From positions 1-28,396 of the forward strand of contig CAYLZE010000067.1 in NCBI GenBank assembly GCA_964388035.1: a stretch of 28,396 nt of DNA. The letters run 5' to 3'. The position numbers and the translations under genes were made by a program. The first letter of the stretch is position 1; each line of letters begins with the position of its first letter. This DNA is from an uncultured archaeon (GTDB lineage: Archaea; Asgardarchaeota; Lokiarchaeia; Sigyniarchaeales; SOKP01). Under the pieces are notes generated by a model, which searched no databases, was not told where the DNA came from, and worked only from the letters and a program-made list of their open reading frames with translations. This document shows, piece by piece, positions 19,095 to 25,926 of this stretch.

Positions 19095-19232
19095 TCGAAA
19101 TTTCCTCCTTTTTTTTCTAATTTGGTTGAAAAAGTAACAGAATTTTTTCTATTTAAAGAAAAATAGATACATAATTTTGTGAATTTTCTTTGGAAATAAA
19201 ATACATTGTGAAACCTTCTAATAATTGGTCTG

Positions 19233-19769
19233 TCATTTCTTTCGTCCTTCCCTTCCTTTTTGGTCTTGCTTAATAAATTCCTGAAATAAGAGATTATCAT
19301 CGGAAATGAATTCCCGGAATTCCTCATAAATTTCTCTTAACTCCTGTTGGGAGTTCCGTCTACTTTCTGTCTTGGCTGCCTTGATATCGTTAGGCGTGAA
19401 TTGTACCGTGTTTCCTTGGTAAATAATGGCTTTTAAAAGTTCTTCATCAGAAGGGAAGGTTCTTTTTGGAAGGACCGGAGATGGTCTTTTAATGGGCAAA
19501 GCATGGGATTGAACGATGGGCTCCTTTTCCTTGAAATCTTCATTGATCTCGCGGGGAATTTCAAAATCTACTTTCTGATATCCCCGTACCTTGAAATTAT
19601 TGTCCACGAACGCTTGAAAGTGATGGTTGCAGATGAGGTTTTTTGGAATGGAAATGGTGTTAATACTGCTCGACTCGTTAATGGCGCTTTTTGGGATACT
19701 GCACATCTTTTCTTTTTTACAGTCAGGACATATAATGCGAACATTATTTGCAACATCCGTTAATGTCAT
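19233..19769 (-). CDS. Hypothetical protein with N-terminal CxxC...CxH Zn-binding domain (family recalled as expanded in Lokiarchaeia)
   Basis: IICPDCKKEK...TISIPKNLICNHHFQAFVDNNFKVRGYQKVDF, a Pro-rich linker and a C-terminal helix EIYEEFREFISDDN; SD GAGG. Confidence 0.7.
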   Translation of the reverse strand: MTLTDVANNVRIICPDCKKEKMCSIPKSAINESSSINTISIPKNLICNHHFQAFVDNNFKVRGYQKVDFEIPREINEDFKEKEPIVQSHALPIKRPSPVLPKRTFPSDEELLKAIIYQGNTVQFTPNDIKAAKTESRRNSQQELREIYEEFREFISDDNLLFQEFIKQDQKGREGRKK

Positions 19770-20210
19770 TTTAATTTCCTCTTTTTTGGTTGATTAAATA
19801 AAATCAAGATCTTTTTGTAACTGAAATGGAATTCACGCCTTAAAAAGTCGGAAGGGTTGATGATTTTTTGATTTAAAAGGGCTAACCGAGATTCAATTAA
19901 TTTTTTTTAATAAAAAATAAAACACGTTCAGGAGAAGATTTCCCTTTATGATCATCTGATGGGTGATGGTTCTCTCCAAATGAAATTGATATTTTTTTGC
20001 TAAAGAAATGAACTTGGTATAGTTCCTTTTAAATGTCTTTGCAATGATTCATGGAAATGTAATAAAAATCTCCTTCCATTTAAATTTTGAATTTGATTTT
20101 TTAGAACTTTCGCTAAAAATCCGTTAAATTTGAAATGTTCGCGGTTCCATTTTCTGGAATACTTGATTATATACTCCTTACGAGATCCGTATAAAGACGG
20201 CCCCAATAGA

Positions 20211-20317
20211 AGCGGAAGAGATCCCAACGGGCTTGCCGCAAGCGCGCTGTACATTGCTGCGAATGAATCCGGCTCCATATTCTCTCAATAACCTTTCTAA
20301 CTGTCTTAAATAAGCAG
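20211..20317 (+). pseudogene. Remnant of a transcription factor B (TFB) C-terminal cyclin repeat
   Basis: GC-rich island encoding SGRDPNGLAASALYIAANESGSIFSQ* (TFB consensus SGKxPxGLAAAALYIA...TQ), followed in a shifted frame by ITFLTVLNK (cf. VTEVTVRNR). Confidence 0.55.
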
Positions 20318-20531
20318 TCAATTGATCCTCTTTTTTGTAAATTCCCTCCTCATTTTTTATTCATTTACTTTTCTTCGGGAAGAAAAGGACTGAAGAGATC
20401 AAACTTAATTTTTTCGATGAATTTTGTTTTTGAAAACAGATAAGCAAAATTCAATTTTATTAATATTTTTTTATATTTAGGTACTTATTTTTCTTATTTA
20501 TTTATCAAAGAATGAATTTAAGTAATTAATA

Positions 20532-21128
20532 ATGAACACGTTTCGAGCCATCCTTGAAAAGAAGATAGTTATCTTTCTTCTTCAATTTTTTATTTTTAGT
20601 AGCATTCTTTGGGTGACTCATTATCAGTACGCCATAGAATTTGACTCCGGGATTTTGGAAATCAGAAAACGGGTGATTCAATTTCTCGCAAACTATATTT
20701 TTTATGAATCGGTAAGTGCTAATATTTTTATCTATTCGTGTTGGATACTAATATCTTTGGTTCCCATCTTGGTCTATTTTGATTATAAAAGAGCTTATTC
20801 TGTGAATTTGATTACTTTTTTTATTCCTAATTTCTTTTTTTATGTATTTTTATCGAGATACTCTCCCACTTATTTTAACCTGAAGTTTTCGGAGCTAATA
20901 ACTCAGACTTTGATCTTAGGAATTACTATCGTAGCTTTTACCATTTCCAGCTGTTTAATTCTATCGAAAATTAAAAAAGAAGTAATGAGGAAAAGAAAGG
21001 AATTAAAGCCGATTAGCATGCAAGTAGAAACGATATGTCCATATTGCGGAACCCATTTTCAATCCACACCAAAATATTGTTATAATTGTTCAAAAGAAAT
21101 AGTTCATGAGGCAAATCAAGATGAATGA
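20532..21128 (+). CDS. Membrane protein (about 4 TM segments) with C-terminal zinc ribbon
   Basis: Four hydrophobic stretches, then a basic stretch and CPYCG...YCYNC. Confidence 0.75.
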   Translation: MNTFRAILEKKIVIFLLQFFIFSSILWVTHYQYAIEFDSGILEIRKRVIQFLANYIFYESVSANIFIYSCWILISLVPILVYFDYKRAYSVNLITFFIPNFFFYVFLSRYSPTYFNLKFSELITQTLILGITIVAFTISSCLILSKIKKEVMRKRKELKPISMQVETICPYCGTHFQSTPKYCYNCSKEIVHEANQDE

Positions 21129-22590
21129 ATATTCGAAAGATCATTCTTTAGATTTATTATTTAATCCAAAAACAGTCGTCATCCATGAAGCGAAGGATAA
21201 AATATCCTATTTCATAGAAGGATTTATTAGACAAGGATTTAACTTAAATAATTTGTTTTTAATCAATCCTTCTGAAGAGAGCTTGTTGGGATTAAAATGT
21301 TATAAATCAATAGCAGAACTTCCCATTGATACGATTGATTATTTAATTTTTGCAATTCGAAGAGAAATAGCCTTAGAGGAATTAAAAAAGATTTTATCTT
21401 TGAAAACCATTAATTTCATTCATCTTTTTACGGCAGGTTTGGGAGAGTCGGATGAGGTGGGAAGCCAGATTGAGAAAGAGATTAAGAACGTGCTTGATTC
21501 TTATCCCGTTCGCGCCATTGGGCCAAATTGCATGGGGATATATTCTCCGAGTGGGAAAAATGCATATTATTCTTCCTTTCCAATCGAACCCGGGAATATT
21601 GGATTAATTTTCCAATCAGGCGACTTGCACTCCCGGATGATCAAATTTGGCTCTCAAAAGTACAATTTAAGGTTTTCAAAAGGTGTTTCGGTAGGAAATT
21701 GCGTGGATCTTCAGATTGCAGATTTTTTAGAATATTATGAGCAGGATCCTAATACAGAAATTATCTGTGTCTATCTTGAGGGATTCTCTCCTCTCTATCC
21801 CGATGAACCAAAGCATTTCTTAGAAGTAATTAAAAAGCTCAAGAAACCGGTATTGTTCATGCGGGGCGGAAGAACGGAAAGAGCCCAGCAAGCCGTGATA
21901 TCTCATACTGGTTCACTGGCAACAAATCAAAAAATATGGCAAGCCATCTATAAGCAAACACATTTAATCGAAGTACCTCCTTCTCTTGAAGATTTATTGG
22001 ATTTAGCATACATGTTTAAAAATTACCTTGCACGCTTTCAAAATCAAACAATTGCAATTTCTTTTCCTACAACTAAACACGCACTGGTGGTACTCTGGTC
22101 GGGGGGATTTGGAATCCTTGCCACGGATGTTTTGACAGAATTAGGCATCGCTATGCCTCAATTCAAGGGCGAGACGTTAAAAGCATTAAAGAAAATTTAT
22201 CCTTTAAAGATTGGAAGCTTATCTAATCCTCTTGATATGCCATGGATTACCTCTAGAAAAGAATTTTCCGAAATCTGCATTGAAGCGAGTAAACACGATA
22301 TTGATTTTATTGTTGTTGAGACAGATGCCTGGAGTGATATAGAAGGAGAAAGATTTAAAATCTATTATAATGGGTTAAAAGCAATAAAAGGATATGTTGA
22401 AAGTACAAATAAAGTATTTTCCATCATACTACATCAATACCCAAGCAATTCTCGGGAAAAGTTTCATGAAATGCTCATTAAGGATAATTTTCTTGTTTTT
22501 CCCACCGTCGAACGCGCAGCTAAAGCATTTTTAAAATTACATGAATATGGAAAAAAGCTAAGAGAAAAACAATTAAAGCAATTTCATTAA
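21121..22590 (+). CDS. Acyl-CoA synthetase (NDP-forming) alpha-subunit-like protein
   Basis: LFNPKT, FTAGLGE, RAIGPNCMGIY, IFQSG, VSVGNCVDL, YLEG, RGGRTE...SHTGSLA (phospho-His), SGGFGILATD, SNPLDM. ATG 21121 preferred (GAGG upstream, overlap with the upstream stop). Confidence 0.88.
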   Translation: MNEYSKDHSLDLLFNPKTVVIHEAKDKISYFIEGFIRQGFNLNNLFLINPSEESLLGLKCYKSIAELPIDTIDYLIFAIRREIALEELKKILSLKTINFIHLFTAGLGESDEVGSQIEKEIKNVLDSYPVRAIGPNCMGIYSPSGKNAYYSSFPIEPGNIGLIFQSGDLHSRMIKFGSQKYNLRFSKGVSVGNCVDLQIADFLEYYEQDPNTEIICVYLEGFSPLYPDEPKHFLEVIKKLKKPVLFMRGGRTERAQQAVISHTGSLATNQKIWQAIYKQTHLIEVPPSLEDLLDLAYMFKNYLARFQNQTIAISFPTTKHALVVLWSGGFGILATDVLTELGIAMPQFKGETLKALKKIYPLKIGSLSNPLDMPWITSRKEFSEICIEASKHDIDFIVVETDAWSDIEGERFKIYYNGLKAIKGYVESTNKVFSIILHQYPSNSREKFHEMLIKDNFLVFPTVERAAKAFLKLHEYGKKLREKQLKQFH

Positions 22591-22701
22591 AAAAGATCCT
22601 AAATAGTGTTGGTAAGGAATATCACGGTTGAAGACCAGAAAAAGAAAAAAAAGTTGAAATAGTTCGATGTGAGCGAATTCAAGAATCATATCGCGGGTTA
22701 A

Positions 22702-23030
22702 AAACGTTTTTCAAAACTAAAAGAACATTTTTATCATTCAATCCAGTTAATAATTGAAGTGATTACGGATATTGTTAGCATAATATGTTGGAAGATCTAT
22801 CTCTAATCGTTGAAGATAATTATACTAATTTCGAAAAACTTCTTAAAAGAAACATTATTTCTCCGGACATGTTCCAGGGATTAAAAAAATTAAACGGTTT
22901 GAAAAATAGAATTGTTCATGATTACAATGGTATAATTGATGAAACAGCTTGGAATTCAATAAATGAAAATAAAGAATATATAAACGAATTTGAAAAAGTA
23001 GTAAAAAAATGGTTGGAACAGCTAAAATAA
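22702..23030 (+). pseudogene. Frameshifted HepT/DUF86 HEPN ribonuclease toxin
   Basis: The N-terminal part YHSIQLIIEVITDIVS is out of frame with (M)LEDLSLIVEDNYTN...LNGLKNRIVHDYNGI (frameshift ~22780-22785, probably another near 22729). The RX4H arginine is replaced by Lys. Confidence 0.75.
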
Positions 23031-23407
23031 GGAACATGGAACAAATAAGAAAGCAAATTGAAAGGGATTTTAACTTTATTTTATCCAATCCTAAAATTTT
23101 AGGAGTAATATTATATGGATCTACGATTTATGAAAAAAACCATCAAAAAAGCGATATAGATATTTGCATTGTCACTACGTATAAGAAGCTCATAAAAGCT
23201 TATAACTACATCATGGAACACCTCAATAATAATATTTTAGTATACGATATTAGATTTTTTAAGGAATTGCCTCTCTTAATTCAAGGGGAGATAATAGAAA
23301 ATGGAATAGAGATCATTTCAAAGGATATATTTGAATTATACGAATATTTGTTTCCTTTTAGAAAAAGATATGAAGATTGGAAATTTAAGATGGAGTATTG
23401 TGGCTAA
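23009..23407 (+). CDS. Minimal nucleotidyltransferase (MntA-like antitoxin)
   Basis: VILYGS-X10-DIDICIV, YDIRFFKELPLLIQGEIIENG; overlaps the HEPN gene by 22 nt. Confidence 0.88.
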   Translation: MVGTAKIRNMEQIRKQIERDFNFILSNPKILGVILYGSTIYEKNHQKSDIDICIVTTYKKLIKAYNYIMEHLNNNILVYDIRFFKELPLLIQGEIIENGIEIISKDIFELYEYLFPFRKRYEDWKFKMEYCG

Positions 23408-23481
23408 AGCTCTTGTACTTTTCTTCATTTTATAAATCATGAAGAGAAGAATCGACAATTTTTTTCTTTTCTAAAAATATA

Positions 23482-23546
23482 TTTCAAAATGAAAAAAATT
23501 AAATAGAGTTCATAATTTCTTATCCTATTAATATTTCATTTTGAAA
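23482..23546. promoter_or_regulatory. Pair of palindromic TTTCA-N3-TGAAA sites flanking a TATA-like box upstream of the PadR gene
   Basis: TTTCAAAATGAAA (23482-23494) and its exact reverse complement TTTCATTTTGAAA (23534-23546), 52 bp apart, with TTAAATA at 23499-23505 between them. Confidence 0.5.
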
Positions 23547-23576
23547 AAAAGTCTTTTCCATCTTAAAATCACTATC

Positions 23577-24098
23577 GTGTGGCCTAAAAGGTTCGGAATT
23601 TTCCGAGAATTCATGGAAGATATTAAAACCTTATTTCTTTTCAACACCATCAAGAGCAAACCTGAAGGTCTTACTTATTATGATTTGCAGCAATACGGAG
23701 ACATCCCCCATTCCAATATCTATCGAATGATGAAAGATTTGGAAGAAAAAGGAGATTTATATCATACTGATGGATTCAGCAGTGAGACGGGGAGACCAAA
23801 ACATTTGTACTTTTTAACAAAACAAGGAGAGGTAAGGTTAAAAGAAATAAGGCTTAGTCTTGAGGACATTTTCGAATTTCTCAAATCACGATTTCCCACT
23901 TCAAACCAAAATTTCGATCATAAACTCTTTCTTCAAGAAGCCACCTTTAAAGTATGGGCAGGTCCCGTACAGTATATTCTCAAGCAAGAGAGTTCTAAAG
24001 AAGTAAAACTACAAGCTTTATCAAAAATGGAAAAAAAGGTAGAAGAGCATTTAGAAGAGATTAGAAACGCTATAAAAAAGTTGGAAAAGAATTATTGA
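23577..24098 (+). CDS. PadR-family winged-helix transcriptional regulator
   Basis: GLTYYDL...IPHSNIYRMMKDLEEKG...GRPKHLYFLTKQG plus C-terminal helices; directly upstream of the ABC exporter. Start uncertain (TTG 23541, GTG 23577 or ATG 23613). Confidence 0.85.
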   Translation: MWPKRFGIFREFMEDIKTLFLFNTIKSKPEGLTYYDLQQYGDIPHSNIYRMMKDLEEKGDLYHTDGFSSETGRPKHLYFLTKQGEVRLKEIRLSLEDIFEFLKSRFPTSNQNFDHKLFLQEATFKVWAGPVQYILKQESSKEVKLQALSKMEKKVEEHLEEIRNAIKKLEKNY

Positions 24099-24132
24099 AA
24101 AATAAAATGACAAATATAAGAGTTGAATCTAA

Positions 24133-25926
24133 TTGAATTCATTTCAAATGATCATAAAATACATATTAAAATCTAAAAAGAATGCGGTGTATACCATTAT
24201 CTACAATTTAATAGCCACCGTTTTTACGATATTTATACCAGTAATTACGGGAATGATGGTGGCAGGGTTGGCTCCCAGTGATACAAGCAATTTTAGCCCT
24301 GAAACCCTGTGGATTCTTTTTTTTATTGCCTTGGGTTGTGGATTCATGGTCTATTTATCATCACGAGCAGGCAGACTGAAGGGAGCTGTCGTTTCTGCCG
24401 GCGCTTTATACAATCTACGCAAGGATATCCATAATGCAATTTACAGGCAATCATTTTCCTATTTCGATAGCACGGAAACGGGTCAATTGATTGCACGCGC
24501 AACATCGGATGTAGAAGAAACTCAAATGATCTTCGGAATGGGAATAAATATGGGAATCTCAAGCTTGCTCCTATTAGGAGGGGTATTAATCGCAGCATTT
24601 TTATTAAACCTTCCTTTAGCATTAATCATCATAACTTTAGTTATTTTATCTTTGATTGGATCTACAATAATCGCAAAGAAAATGAAACCATTGTACCTTG
24701 AAACGCGGCAGAGTTTTGGAGAATTGACCAATACTATTCGTGAAAATATCGTCGGGGCCCAAGTGGTTCGAATGTTTAATAATCAAGATAAAGAAAGGGG
24801 AAAATTTCAGAAAAGCAATAATAGATACTTTAACGCAGCAATTCGTACAGCTCGGTTAAATTCGATATACATGCCGCTTAATTTCGTGCTAATCGGCCTG
24901 ATGATCGTTATAAATTTGTTTTTAGGAGGATTTTTTATTCTCCAAGGAACCATGACCCTGCAAACGTTAATAACGTTTCAGGGATGGATTGGAACACTGA
25001 TGTTTCCCATGGTAATGATTGGGCAATTATTTATGATGTATATTCAAGCGGACGCTGCCCTCACGCGCGTGAGACATGTTTTGGATAGCACGCCCGATGT
25101 GGTGGATTCGGAAAATGCCATTCATTTACCACTCGAACAAATAAAAGGTAACGTGGAATTTGAAAACGTATCTTTCGGATACACTCCAGAACACCGGGTT
25201 CTCCAGAATGTTTCTTTTAAAGTACCAAAAGGCAAAAAATTAGCTATTATCGGCACGACAGGTTCAGGAAAGTCCACCATCATCAATCTTCTTCCCAGAT
25301 TCTACGAAGTCAATGAAGGATCAATAACGATCGATGGGATTGATATTCGTAATATCTTATTGAAAGATTTAAGAAAGAGCATAGGAATAGTATCTCAAGA
25401 GACTTTTCTATTTAATAAAACGATTGCTGAAAACATAGCTTATGGAATGGAGAATGCAACCAGAGATGAAATCATTAAGGCATCAAAGATTGCTCATCTT
25501 CATGATTTCATTAGCTCTCTTCCAGAAGGATATGATACTAATGTTGGAGAAAGAGGAACACACTTATCGGGCGGACAAAAGCAGCGTTTATCTATTGCCA
25601 GAGCGTTAATTATTAAACCTAAAGTCCTGATTTTTGATGATTCTACCTCATCCGTTGATGTAGAGACGGAATTTAAAATACAACAAGCCTTGGACCAAGT
25701 AATGCAGGGAACCACCACTTTGATAATAACTCAGAGAATCTCCACGTTTAGACATGCGGATCAAATATTAGTGCTCGATAAAGGGCGAGTTGTTGGAATA
25801 GGTAATCATGCCAATTTATTTGAGAATAACGTCTTGTATCGTCAAATATATGAAACTTTATTTCAAAAACAAAAGGAATTAATTACCCAATCTCAAGAAG
25901 AAGTAAAGGAGGTATACGTTAAATGA
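24133..25926 (+). CDS. ABC exporter (type IV) TMD-NBD half transporter, degenerate-site subunit (TM287-like)
   Basis: 6-TM domain, Walker A GTTGSGKS, signature LSGGQ, Walker B LIFDD (E to D), switch ITQR (H to Q). Confidence 0.95.
   Translation: MNSFQMIIKYILKSKKNAVYTIIYNLIATVFTIFIPVITGMMVAGLAPSDTSNFSPETLWILFFIALGCGFMVYLSSRAGRLKGAVVSAGALYNLRKDIHNAIYRQSFSYFDSTETGQLIARATSDVEETQMIFGMGINMGISSLLLLGGVLIAAFLLNLPLALIIITLVILSLIGSTIIAKKMKPLYLETRQSFGELTNTIRENIVGAQVVRMFNNQDKERGKFQKSNNRYFNAAIRTARLNSIYMPLNFVLIGLMIVINLFLGGFFILQGTMTLQTLITFQGWIGTLMFPMVMIGQLFMMYIQADAALTRVRHVLDSTPDVVDSENAIHLPLEQIKGNVEFENVSFGYTPEHRVLQNVSFKVPKGKKLAIIGTTGSGKSTIINLLPRFYEVNEGSITIDGIDIRNILLKDLRKSIGIVSQETFLFNKTIAENIAYGMENATRDEIIKASKIAHLHDFISSLPEGYDTNVGERGTHLSGGQKQRLSIARALIIKPKVLIFDDSTSSVDVETEFKIQQALDQVMQGTTTLIITQRISTFRHADQILVLDKGRVVGIGNHANLFENNVLYRQIYETLFQKQKELITQSQEEVKEVYVK

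Noticed and set aside
19064-19327. 87-aa minus-strand ORF bridging two genes
   Set aside because: Overlaps both neighbours in another frame and has no SD or motif.
20000-20278. 92-aa minus-strand ORF, or a structured ncRNA in the GC-rich patch
   Set aside because: Better explained as the antisense of a TFB remnant; only short hairpins, with no tRNA or SRP-like fold.
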